61,720 nt of DNA from Bacteroidota bacterium (GCA_042584405.1 JBHOSR010000003.1:1-61720); one strand, 5' to 3'; shown: positions 25,847 through 35,110, counted from the first letter of the stretch. Made by a program: numbers and translations. Notes: generated by a model from the sequence alone, not told the origin.

Positions 25847-26701
25847 CTAATTATTTAAATCTAAAATGTAATTCTTAACATTTTGAAGTTCTTCTTTAAA
25901 CTCAGGTATTTCAGAATATATCAATTTCCCTTTTGAATAAAGCTCTGCTACTTTTCTGTTATTAGGTATTTTTGCCAGGATTGGAATATTATTACTCACA
26001 CAGTAATCAACAACATCATTATTCCCAATACCATATCGATTAATTACTACTCCAAAATCCTTATCCAATTTTTTCATAGTTTCAACTGCAAGTTTCAAAT
26101 CATGCAGACCAAAAGGAGTTGGTTCCGTGACAAGAATTACAAAATCTACTTCTTTTGTTGCTTCAATAACAGGACATGAAGTTCCAGGTGGTGCATCAAA
26201 TATTTTTACTATATGCTGATTAAAAGTTTTATCAATATAATCATTGGTTTGAGCTATCAATGGTACGGCTTGTTCTTGCCCAATATCCAAACGACTTTCA
26301 ATAAAAGAAATATTTCCTTTTGTGTATTGATTTAATGTACCCATTCTTTGTTTAATCATAGGTAAAGATGATACAGGACATAACTCAGAACAAGCAAAAC
26401 AGCTATGGCATAATTCCGGAAAAACCATTATTTGTGGACCTAATTGTATAACAGCATGGAAATTGCAAACTTTCTGACATTCGCCACATAAAGTACAAGT
26501 ATCTTCCTTCCACTCAGGAATCATTTTATATTTTATTTCTTCTTGAATTAATTCCCCCTTAATAAATAATCCGGAGTTAGGTTCTTCAACATCCAGGTCT
26601 GTTAAAACTACTTTTTCAGTTTCTGAAAAAAGGGCGGCTAAATTCGTTGACAAGGTTGTCTTGCCTGTTCCGCCCTTTCCACTAGCGATAGTAATCTTCA
26701 T
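25847..26701 (-). CDS. MinD/ParA-superfamily P-loop ATPase with an inserted 2x[4Fe-4S] ferredoxin domain (paralog).
   Basis: GKGGTGKTT P-loop. CTLCGECQKVC and CHSCFACSELCP motifs. Confidence 0.8.
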   Translation of the reverse strand: MKITIASGKGGTGKTTLSTNLAALFSETEKVVLTDLDVEEPNSGLFIKGELIQEEIKYKMIPEWKEDTCTLCGECQKVCNFHAVIQLGPQIMVFPELCHSCFACSELCPVSSLPMIKQRMGTLNQYTKGNISFIESRLDIGQEQAVPLIAQTNDYIDKTFNQHIVKIFDAPPGTSCPVIEATKEVDFVILVTEPTPFGLHDLKLAVETMKKLDKDFGVVINRYGIGNNDVVDYCVSNNIPILAKIPNNRKVAELYSKGKLIYSEIPEFKEELQNVKNYILDLNN

Positions 26702-26716
26702 TTGTAAACTAATAAC

Positions 26717-27112
26717 TTATCCTAAACTATTATTATCAAGAAATAATTGGATTGTTTTTTCCAATGTCCTTCTTGCCAAACAAACGCAATCTGTTTTTGT
26801 CAAGGGAACTCCTCCCAAATGTTCTATAATATCACCTTCAGTTATTACTTTTGCAAAAGATAATGTTTTGTTTTTGATCATTTCCATAAGTGCTGAACCT
26901 GCAGAAAAAGCTCCTGCGCATCCTATAGCTTCAAATTTTGCTTCTGTTATAATTTCAGAATCAATTTTTAAATAAATTTTCATTGTATCACCACAATGTC
27001 CAGTATACGACGAAGAAACACTTGGATTTTCAATGCTGCCAACATTTAATTTTTTTTTATAGTATTCAATTGCCTTATCTGAATAACCGGATTTTTTCAA
27101 TAATTCATTCAT
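26717..27112 (-). CDS. NifU/IscU N-terminal-like Fe-S scaffold protein.
   Basis: Three conserved Cys contexts: GHCGD, IGCAGA and DCVCLA. Confidence 0.7.
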   Translation of the reverse strand: MNELLKKSGYSDKAIEYYKKKLNVGSIENPSVSSSYTGHCGDTMKIYLKIDSEIITEAKFEAIGCAGAFSAGSALMEMIKNKTLSFAKVITEGDIIEHLGGVPLTKTDCVCLARRTLEKTIQLFLDNNSLG

Positions 27113-27175
27113 TTTATTTGAGTTTAATTATTGATTTATTCAAACATAATTAACAGCCACTCATCAAAACAATTT

Positions 27176-27514
27176 TTAATGATCACATAAATTCTGTCCT
27201 GTTTGAAGTTGATTGGTTAAATATTGCTCAACTAATTCAGAAGGAGAACCATCTTGAACACCCATATGGACTTCAATATTGTTCATTGCAAATAAATCCT
27301 GAGCTTTTTGCCCCATTCCTCCTGCAATAATTACATGAACTCCATGATCAGCCAAAAACTTTGGATATACTCCTGGTTGATGTACTGGTGGAGTTATGAA
27401 TTCTTCCTTTACAACTTTATGGTCTTCCACATCGACAATTGCAAATTTTTCACAATGTCCAAAATGTGCTGTTAATTGATTTCCTAATGTAGGTATCGCA
27501 AACTTCATTTTCAT
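27176..27514 (-). CDS. NifB/NifX-family small protein (second copy).
   Basis: HFGHCEKFAIVDV ... IIAGGMGQKA pattern. Confidence 0.7.
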   Translation of the reverse strand: MKMKFAIPTLGNQLTAHFGHCEKFAIVDVEDHKVVKEEFITPPVHQPGVYPKFLADHGVHVIIAGGMGQKAQDLFAMNNIEVHMGVQDGSPSELVEQYLTNQLQTGQNLCDH

Positions 27515-27541
27515 CTTTTCATAATTTTATTAATAATTTAT

Positions 27542-27763
27542 TTATTTCTTTAGTAATTCTTCTCTAATTAGAGTATTTCCGCAATTGGGGCACTTAAGAG
27601 TTGTACACTTTATGCCTTGTTGATGTGGAACTTTTTCACCACATTTTGCACAAATACAATATCCACCGGGGCCAAAGGCTCCACCTTTATTTTTACCTTT
27701 TCCTCCACCACGACCAAGTCCTCTTCCATCACCTTGATTATGTTTATTATCTGAATTTTTCAT
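27542..27763 (-). CDS. Small Gly/Arg/Lys-rich protein with a GGYC motif and a Cys-rich zinc-ribbon-like C-terminus.
   Basis: GRGLGRGGGKGKNKGG...GGYCICAKCG...CTTLKCPNCG. Confidence 0.5.
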   Translation of the reverse strand: MKNSDNKHNQGDGRGLGRGGGKGKNKGGAFGPGGYCICAKCGEKVPHQQGIKCTTLKCPNCGNTLIREELLKK

Positions 27764-27876
27764 GTTTTTTCATTTTTAGGATTTCTAAGAAAAGCCATTA
27801 GCATTAAACCCATATGGACCACATAAGTTTTAAAAACTAAAGCTTTAAGCTAACGGCTTTTCAGACAAATAACAAC

Positions 27877-28182
27877 CTAATGTAATTTTTCAAGTTCTTT
27901 TTCAAGAAATGATAATTGTTGTTTTAAAATTTCAATTTCATTTTCTATTACAGATTTTTGATCAGTAGCACTGATTTCTTGATTTTCAGAATGAATTTGA
28001 TTTCTTCCAAAACCATGCTGGCCTTTCCTTCTAACTTGACCACCTCTAAATCCTTTTCCTAAACCAAAACCAAATTTCGAATTGTTGTTGAATCCCGGAT
28101 TATCATTTCCTGCGCAATACCCCATGCGCCTTCCTGTCATTGGGCCTAATCCCCCAGGCCCTGTTTTATCTCCTCTTGGCAT
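27877..28182 (-). CDS. DUF5320-like small protein (Gly-rich N-terminus with a GYC motif, C-terminal coiled coil).
   Basis: MPRGDKTGPGGLGPMTGRRMGYCAG... then the heptad-like ENEIEILKQQLSFLEKELEKL. Confidence 0.55.
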   Translation of the reverse strand: MPRGDKTGPGGLGPMTGRRMGYCAGNDNPGFNNNSKFGFGLGKGFRGGQVRRKGQHGFGRNQIHSENQEISATDQKSVIENEIEILKQQLSFLEKELEKLH

Positions 28183-28205
28183 AACAACCTCCTTTTTTTA
28201 AATGA

Positions 28206-29054
28206 TTAATGTTTCGTTATTTTTACAATTTTAGTAGGTTCTAAATTTTTATTTCTATCATTTACTTTTATAATTAATTGATCTGCCAAATTTTTAAAAG
28301 CATCACCAATAACAGTACTTTCCATAACAGTTGGCATCCCTGAATCACCACCTTCTCTTATACTTTGTACTAAGGGGATTTGACCTAAAAGTGGCACATT
28401 ATACTCCTTAGATAACTTCTTACAGCCATCTTTCCCAAATATGAAGTATTTATTATCAGGTAATTCTTCAGGTGTAAACCAGGACATATTCTCAATTAAT
28501 CCAATTACAGGAACTTTAATATGCTCTCCCTGAAACATGCTAATTCCTTTAACAGCATCAGCTAAAGCAACATCCTGTGGAGTACTAACTATAACAGCGC
28601 CTGTTACTGAGAGTGTTTGGACTAAGGTTAGATGAATATCGCTTGTACCCGGCGGCAGGTCAAAAAACAAATAATCTAATTCACCCCACTCTGTATCACC
28701 AATAAGTTGTTTTAAGGCTTTCGATGCCATTGGCCCCCGCCATACTGTTGCATCTCCAGCATCAATAAACATACCTATTGAAAGTAACTTAACTCCATAT
28801 TTCTGAATTGGTATAATTCTGTTTTTAAGCCCAATTATTTTAAATTCAGGCCTTTCATTTTCTATATTAAACATTTTTGGTATTGATGGCCCAAATATGT
28901 CTGCATCAATTAATCCAACTTTTTGCCCCTTATTTGCCAGGGCAACTGCCAGGTTTGTAGCTATAGTTGATTTCCCAACACCTCCTTTCCCTGAAGCTAT
29001 GACTACAATATTTTTTATTCCAGTCTGCTCAATTGTATCTTTCGTATTTTCCAT
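28206..29054 (-). CDS. mrp: Mrp/NBP35 (ApbC) family Fe-S cluster carrier ATPase.
   Basis: SGKGGVGKST deviant Walker A. DLPPGTSD. ENMSWF. Confidence 0.85.
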   Translation of the reverse strand: MENTKDTIEQTGIKNIVVIASGKGGVGKSTIATNLAVALANKGQKVGLIDADIFGPSIPKMFNIENERPEFKIIGLKNRIIPIQKYGVKLLSIGMFIDAGDATVWRGPMASKALKQLIGDTEWGELDYLFFDLPPGTSDIHLTLVQTLSVTGAVIVSTPQDVALADAVKGISMFQGEHIKVPVIGLIENMSWFTPEELPDNKYFIFGKDGCKKLSKEYNVPLLGQIPLVQSIREGGDSGMPTVMESTVIGDAFKNLADQLIIKVNDRNKNLEPTKIVKITKH

Positions 29055-29058
29055 AATC

Positions 29059-29484
29059 TTACTGTTGAAATGCTTTTACTTTTTTTAGTTGTTTAATAAA
29101 TATCTCCGGAGCCATCATAGGTTTGCGTGTTTCCGAGTCAACAAAAGCCAGCACAACATCGGCTCTGGTCACAAGCTTTTTATTCTGATTTAAAACTTCA
29201 TAATAAAATTTTAACCTGGTACGCGGAATTTCTTTTAAAATGGTCATAATAGTTAATACATCATCATAATAAACCGGTGATAAAAACTTTGTATTTATTG
29301 AAATTACAGGTAAAATAATTCCAGAATCCTCCAGATCTTTGTAATTTAAATCCAAACTTCGCAATAATTCCATTCTGCCTTCTTCAAAGTACAAAGGATA
29401 ATTTGCATGATGAGCATACCCCATCCTGTCTGTTTCTCCATAACGAATTCTTGTTTTTGTTTCATGGCTATACATAATCTCCAC
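29059..29484 (-). CDS. YbgC/4HBT-family acyl-CoA thioesterase.
   Basis: RIRYGETDRMGYAHHANY hot-dog thioesterase motif. Confidence 0.75.
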   Translation of the reverse strand: MEIMYSHETKTRIRYGETDRMGYAHHANYPLYFEEGRMELLRSLDLNYKDLEDSGIILPVISINTKFLSPVYYDDVLTIMTILKEIPRTRLKFYYEVLNQNKKLVTRADVVLAFVDSETRKPMMAPEIFIKQLKKVKAFQQ

Positions 29485-29932
29485 CCCTTTTTCGCTTTTG
29501 GTTCATACAACATTTACCATGTCCAAATCCACCTGCGAGATTTATAAGATTCTTAGAATGACATTCAGGACATTCAGTAAACGATTCTCCAAAATTAGTA
29601 TTAAACATATGTCCACAATCATGACAGCGAATAATATTATTTCGAAAATGTATATTTCCTCCTTCTATGGTAAGAAGTTTACCTTGAATAATAAAATCAG
29701 CAACTTTTTTTCTTGCTTTTTCAATTAAACGAGAAAAAGTAGGACGAGAAATCTCCATCTCTTCTGCTGCATCTTCTTGCGAAAACCCTTCGTAATCCGC
29801 AAGTCGTAAAGCTTCATACTCATCAATAGAAAGTTGTATCTGATCTAGTAACCTGCCAGCAACACCAATCGGTTTAAATTCTGAAAAGAGCGGTGGTTTA
29901 TGTACAATTCTTTCTTTTTCTGGTCGAGACAT
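29468..29932 (-). CDS. DUF134 (UPF0251) putative DNA-binding protein with a C-terminal zinc ribbon.
   Basis: KPPLFSEFKPIGV..., a sigma-70 region-4-like HTH (EYEALRLADYEGFSQEDAAEEMEISRPTFSRL), and CHDCGH...CPECH. Confidence 0.7.
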   Translation of the reverse strand: MSRPEKERIVHKPPLFSEFKPIGVAGRLLDQIQLSIDEYEALRLADYEGFSQEDAAEEMEISRPTFSRLIEKARKKVADFIIQGKLLTIEGGNIHFRNNIIRCHDCGHMFNTNFGESFTECPECHSKNLINLAGGFGHGKCCMNQKRKRGGDYV

Positions 29933-29966
29933 AGTATTTTAACTTTAATATTACAATACAAAAGTA

Positions 29967-29982
29967 ATGAACATATGCTCAT
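29967..29982. promoter_or_regulatory. Near-perfect palindrome ATGAaCATATGcTCAT 35 nt upstream of the DUF134 start. Candidate operator.
   Basis: Read directly. 14 of 16 positions are self-complementary. Confidence 0.25.
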
Positions 29983-30357
29983 AATGCAAATATTTTTATC
30001 TTTTTTTGATTAAAAACATGAAGAAAAGAATTAGTAATTAAACTAATAATCTACATTTAACTTGTTTATTATCCTTTTGAGTAAAATACCTTCAAAAAGC
30101 AGTAGAAAACTTCAAACATAATTGGTATTTGAAATCTATTCTATAGATATCATTAATAAAAGTTCATTTTCAAATTAAGGAAAGTCTTAATAGTTTATAA
30201 TAAATAGAACTCTAAGGTAAAGGGATATTTACCAAACTTACTAATTGAATCTAATTTTTCCTTATCAATAATTTTGATATGATGTTTTTTTAAAATAGAT
30301 CTGATTTTTGTTATTTGTATAAAATTGATTTACTTGCTTTATGGTAAAAAAACAGAA

Positions 30358-31008
30358 ATGCTTAAAAAGTATTTTAACATTAAAGATAATTGCAGAAAAG
30401 GGCTCATAAAACATCTTTCAAAAGCGCTTTCAATAATTCCGGTAATAGAAAATCCATTAATGCTAGATGTTGGATGTGGTTCCGGAGTGCCTACATTGGC
30501 TTTAACTGAAATTTATGATGGTAATATTATTGCCGTTGATATTGATGCTAAATCTATTAATAGGTTGACAGAGAAAATGGAAGAATTAAGTTTATCTAAC
30601 CGAATTTCAATTTTCAACTGTTCTTTGCATGATCTGAAATTCGAAGAAAAACAATTTGATATTATTTTGGCAGAAGGATTTCTTAATAATGTAGGTTTTA
30701 AGAAAGGTTTTTTGTTATTAATAAAATTATTAAAAAGGAACAGGTTCTTTATAATTCATGATGAGTTTCGAAATTATAATAAGAAAATTGAAATCATTGA
30801 AAGTAATAACTGTAAGGTATTAGATTCGTTTAGTTTGGACGAACAAGTATGGTGGGACGATTATTATAAATGTCTTGAAAAAGAAATATCATCTCTGAAG
30901 AATAAAGATTTACTGAAATTATTTAAGATCGACTTGCATGAAATCAAATCATTTAAGCAAGATTCATCTCAATTCAATTCAATGTATTATGTAGTAGAGA
31001 AAAAATAA
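30358..31008 (+). CDS. Class I SAM-dependent methyltransferase.
   Basis: Motif I LDVGCGSGVPTLAL. ATG at 30358 preferred over the TTG at 30325. Confidence 0.7.
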   Translation: MLKKYFNIKDNCRKGLIKHLSKALSIIPVIENPLMLDVGCGSGVPTLALTEIYDGNIIAVDIDAKSINRLTEKMEELSLSNRISIFNCSLHDLKFEEKQFDIILAEGFLNNVGFKKGFLLLIKLLKRNRFFIIHDEFRNYNKKIEIIESNNCKVLDSFSLDEQVWWDDYYKCLEKEISSLKNKDLLKLFKIDLHEIKSFKQDSSQFNSMYYVVEKK

Positions 31009-31062
31009 CTGCCTCAAATTTATCAAGACAGCTATTTATCAATTTGCTATCAAATTAACTTT

Positions 31063-31911
31063 TTAATTAAATACTTTTTTATACAATGCTCCAAACAATA
31101 AAAACACTGCTAACATTATTATGATCAAAGGAGCAACAGGCATATCTATATTCCAAGACAAATATAACCCCACTGCTGAAACGATTATGCCAATTACTGA
31201 ACCAATAATAATTCTAGTTTTCCAACTTTGACTAAATAAAGCCGAAAATGATGCAGGTAAAATCAAAAATGCAAATACTGTTAATATTCCGCTAATATTA
31301 ACTGCCTCAATAATTACCACACCAAAAGTTAGATAAAACAAGAAATCCCAAAATATAGATGCTTTCATTTTGCAATCCTTATTATGGTAATTATCGGATA
31401 GTTGAGTAAATTTTTTCCTCAATGTAAAATGAATTATTCCTACTAAAGCCACAACAATGGCTAATTTTATTACTTGAGCCCACGACACCCAAAGTATCGA
31501 TCCTATTAACATGTCATGTATATGTACATCACCACCAGCACCTTTATCTAATATTATTACTGCGGCTGTTGTTGCAAAAGCATAAGAAATACCTATAATT
31601 GCCTCTAAAGGAATACCAAGTTTTCTGTTTTTTAAAAATGAGAAAACCAGTGCTGAAAAAATTATAAATCCTAAAGCCAGTAAATATGCCAGCATCGAAT
31701 CTTCAGAATGATCATGGCTATGTGCATGCCCTTCATGCAATGCATGATGCACTACAGCAGCAACAGCTGTACCAAAAGCAGCTATTTGAGCGAGTGCTAT
31801 ATCAATGAAAATGATCTCACGTTTTAAGACATGTATCCCAAAATATACATTTATTAATATCAAAAGTATACATGCCACTAAAGGAGCTAACATAAATTCT
31901 AATATCGTCAT
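31063..31911 (-). CDS. ABC-3 family metal (Zn/Mn/Fe) ABC transporter permease with a His-rich loop.
   Basis: 8-9 TM ZnuB/TroD-like pattern. HHALHEGHAHSHDHSEDS loop. Confidence 0.8.
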   Translation of the reverse strand: MTILEFMLAPLVACILLILINVYFGIHVLKREIIFIDIALAQIAAFGTAVAAVVHHALHEGHAHSHDHSEDSMLAYLLALGFIIFSALVFSFLKNRKLGIPLEAIIGISYAFATTAAVIILDKGAGGDVHIHDMLIGSILWVSWAQVIKLAIVVALVGIIHFTLRKKFTQLSDNYHNKDCKMKASIFWDFLFYLTFGVVIIEAVNISGILTVFAFLILPASFSALFSQSWKTRIIIGSVIGIIVSAVGLYLSWNIDMPVAPLIIIMLAVFLLFGALYKKVFN

Positions 31912-31934
31912 ATCAAATAATTTTAAATGTTTAA

Positions 31935-32774
31935 CTATTTAGCCAAGATTTTATTTGCAAATATTTTTTGAAAAGCCTTAACAAATGCAGCTATAAACAC
32001 AAAAGTTCCTAATAAACATACAATCGCCGGTCCATTGGAAACATTATATTCATACGAAATATAAATTCCGATAATAGAACCTAATATTCCAATAACCCAG
32101 CTCCATATAAATCTTTGTTTCCAATCGGTTGTAAACAATCTTACTATAGATGCAGGTGCTATTAGTAGAATAAAAACTAAGAATATACCCTGAATAAATA
32201 CTGCTTTTACAATAACAAATCCAAAGCTTATATAAAACAGTAGTTCAAGCATTCTCTTGTCATCCGCGCCTTTTTTATCTCTGATATTTTCTGAGATTTC
32301 TATAAACTTTTTAGAAAATAAAATATGTATTAATCCTACAATTCCAATTACTAGCAGAGTGTATAAAACTTGTTTCCATGTTACCCATAAAATATTTCCT
32401 GTAATTGTTTTTGTTATATAATTAGATCCTCCGGATATTCTTTCGGCAAGCAATAAAGCTAAACCTAAGGCAACACAATAAAATATTCCAATTAATGCTT
32501 CTTGCGAAATTTGCATTTTACGTGTTTTTGTAAGTGCAAAAAATGATATCACAATAATTGTAAATGCATATGAAATAACCTGCACAGATGCTGACTCTTC
32601 AGGAAAACCAAGCAATAAACCAGTCATTGTTCCAAGCGCAGCAATTTGGGCAATTGCAATATCAATAAAAATAATTCCGCGTGTAAGGATATGATTCCCG
32701 AAATAACTCAGTATCCCTGCAAGTATAACGCAAGCAGCAATTGGTGGTGCTAGAAAAATTAAATTATCTATCAT
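31935..32774 (-). CDS. ABC-3 family metal ABC transporter permease (second permease).
   Basis: ZnuB/TroC-like TM pattern. IFIDIAIAQIAALG motif shared with the neighbouring gene. Confidence 0.8.
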   Translation of the reverse strand: MIDNLIFLAPPIAACVILAGILSYFGNHILTRGIIFIDIAIAQIAALGTMTGLLLGFPEESASVQVISYAFTIIVISFFALTKTRKMQISQEALIGIFYCVALGLALLLAERISGGSNYITKTITGNILWVTWKQVLYTLLVIGIVGLIHILFSKKFIEISENIRDKKGADDKRMLELLFYISFGFVIVKAVFIQGIFLVFILLIAPASIVRLFTTDWKQRFIWSWVIGILGSIIGIYISYEYNVSNGPAIVCLLGTFVFIAAFVKAFQKIFANKILAK

Positions 32775-32781
32775 AATTTTA

Positions 32782-33807
32782 TTATTTTATATTCTGCAAT
32801 ACTTGCTCAATCCAATAATCCATGAGTTGAAAATTATCATCAACACCCTCTACACTTTTACAGAAAAGTGGGAGATAAAGAGCTTTTATGCCTGTTTTAG
32901 ATTCAATCATTTGTGGTGATTTTTTCTCGAAATAACTTGCTACAAGCATTAATTTAATATCCTGTTCTTTAATTAAGTTAGTCATGTATTGAACATGTTT
33001 TGCAGAAGGTGGAATACCAGGTTTCGGTTCTATAAAACCAATAATATTTAGTCCGAAAGCGTCGGCAAAGTATGCCCAATTTTTATGATAAGCTATTATA
33101 TCTTTATTCCTGAAAGGTAGAGCTACTTTTAGCCAACCTCCTAAAAGATCAATCAACTTTTGTTCTTCGTATTCACTTTCCAAAAACTCAAACAGCGTAT
33201 GATTTAGGAGCATTTCAGTTAATGTTTCACCACCGAAAATTTCAACCAACTTTTCTCCAAACATGGCATTATCCACCTTTTTAATAAAATTATCTCTATT
33301 TTTTTCGTAAAAAGCAGTATTAGCAGGATCAACCTTTTTTAAGCCAATTGTAATATTTTTTGCAATAACTTTCCAGTTAACCGGGCTGGTTGTAATATGC
33401 GGATTCCCCATTAAGTGCACATCACCTTCCGTACGATCTCCTTTTTCAACTTTTTGTAAGATTTTCGCTCCATCAGAAACACCTACAAATCCTATAGCTC
33501 CATCAATAATTTTTTTGTTATGTGCTTTATCTAATAAAGTAGTTGACCATCCTTCTAGATCCATCCCTGTAGTTACCCACATATCTGCTTTATTAAGTAG
33601 CATTGCATAACTTGGTTTAGGAGCTACAAAGTGAGGATCTTGGTTTCCTGATGCTATATATTCAACATCGGCTTTGTCTTTAGCAATTTGTTCAACAATC
33701 GTTGCATAATCTGAAAACGAACAAATAACTTTCACTTTACCATCACTTGCAAAAGAAATATTTGCAAAAATTAATAAAGCAACTAGTAATGATTTAATTT
33801 TTTTCAT
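32782..33807 (-). CDS. TroA/ZnuA-family metal-binding ABC substrate-binding protein.
   Basis: Signal peptide from the ATG at 33807. QDPHFV, GNPHITTSP and YHKNWAYF motifs. Confidence 0.8.
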   Translation of the reverse strand: MKKIKSLLVALLIFANISFASDGKVKVICSFSDYATIVEQIAKDKADVEYIASGNQDPHFVAPKPSYAMLLNKADMWVTTGMDLEGWSTTLLDKAHNKKIIDGAIGFVGVSDGAKILQKVEKGDRTEGDVHLMGNPHITTSPVNWKVIAKNITIGLKKVDPANTAFYEKNRDNFIKKVDNAMFGEKLVEIFGGETLTEMLLNHTLFEFLESEYEEQKLIDLLGGWLKVALPFRNKDIIAYHKNWAYFADAFGLNIIGFIEPKPGIPPSAKHVQYMTNLIKEQDIKLMLVASYFEKKSPQMIESKTGIKALYLPLFCKSVEGVDDNFQLMDYWIEQVLQNIK

Positions 33808-33832
33808 GTGTCTATTTTTAAATTTTTTACAA

Positions 33833-35110
33833 TTAATATGCTTCGTGTTTGTGCGGACCCATTGCCCAAGATACATGCAATGTAAATACATGATCGCTTG
33901 GCATTTCGCCTAAATATCCCATCATGTTGTTAATATGTCTGTCGTTATATTGATATTGAAATCGGAAGAATACAAACTCACTTTGCCAAAAATCAAGACA
34001 AACTGCATAATTCATTTCATGTTCCGTTTTATCATAAGGCAATTCACTATAACCAACACGAGCGGCTAACCAGAATCTTGCGTTTAACTTATTTTGAATG
34101 GATGAATAGAATCCAAAAGTTTCAACATCTTTTAAAGGTCCTTCGTGATATCCATAAATGAATTCAGTTTTCCAATCAAAGGTTCTATATTTCGATCTTG
34201 CAACAGGAGCCCATCTATAGTGTAATCCAAAACTACCAACATGAGAATTATAGTTACCTGTACTGTCGTTTAGTCCCCTTACGCCACTTATGGTAAATTC
34301 AAAATAACTATCATTATTAATATCATAGTAATTCTTAAAATGTCCAACATATAGTAAATTGAGATTTCTTTCTGATGTAAAAGACATATCATTGCCTCCG
34401 TCAACAACAGAAAAATCCAAACTTGAAGCGTGAGCTAAAATTGGTTTTGGAAACATGAAGTTTGCGGCAAGACCAGCACCACCAATTCCTGGTTCTCCAA
34501 AATGATACATTAATGCTTTAGGTTTATCAAACTGAGGTAATGCATGCGGATGGTATCGATTTAATAAACCATACTCTGGTTTAAAAATACCAGCTTTAAT
34601 ATTTAGATTAAGCGGTAAATTAATTAACTCCATGTATCCTTCTTCAAGAGCTATTCCACCTTCAGTAACACTTAAAAATGCTTTACCCCTGGTAAATGGA
34701 TCGAGCGGAGCAACAAATCCTAATTCAAGTTCTCTCATTAAGAAATTATTGTTCCCGTAGGAAAACTCACTGGATTCTGTAATTAATTTGTTATCCGATG
34801 AACTAAAAGAAGTAAAAAAATCACCACCAACACTTATGTTCGGATTAAGGCCTTGCTGTTGTCTTATTCCACTATGAAATTTTTTGGAAATATCATCGCT
34901 TTCCTTTTTCTTTTGCGATGATAATTGTTTGGCCTTTTCCATTAATGCATTGCGCTTATCTAACTTCTCTTTTTCAATACTTTTTTGCTGTAACTCATAT
35001 AATTGAGTTTCTAAAGAATCAATCCGATTCTCCAATTTTTTATCAATCTGTGCTAATAAAGCACTGGCCTGAATAAAGAATATCAGTACTAAAAATATTT
35101 TTAATCTCAT
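33833..35110 (-). CDS. Putative outer-membrane beta-barrel/porin-like protein with an N-terminal coiled coil.
   Basis: Signal peptide, coiled-coil segment, alternating beta-strand-like C-terminal ~330 aa ending in an aromatic residue (..HEAY). First gene of the metal uptake operon. Confidence 0.45.
   Translation of the reverse strand: MRLKIFLVLIFFIQASALLAQIDKKLENRIDSLETQLYELQQKSIEKEKLDKRNALMEKAKQLSSQKKKESDDISKKFHSGIRQQQGLNPNISVGGDFFTSFSSSDNKLITESSEFSYGNNNFLMRELELGFVAPLDPFTRGKAFLSVTEGGIALEEGYMELINLPLNLNIKAGIFKPEYGLLNRYHPHALPQFDKPKALMYHFGEPGIGGAGLAANFMFPKPILAHASSLDFSVVDGGNDMSFTSERNLNLLYVGHFKNYYDINNDSYFEFTISGVRGLNDSTGNYNSHVGSFGLHYRWAPVARSKYRTFDWKTEFIYGYHEGPLKDVETFGFYSSIQNKLNARFWLAARVGYSELPYDKTEHEMNYAVCLDFWQSEFVFFRFQYQYNDRHINNMMGYLGEMPSDHVFTLHVSWAMGPHKHEAY

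Noticed and set aside
24430-27514. Nitrogen fixation (nif) cluster.
   Set aside because: Only NifX-fold, NifU-like and MinD-type genes are present. There is no nifH, nifD, nifK, nifE, nifN or radical-SAM nifB in the window, so the Nif names reflect fold only.
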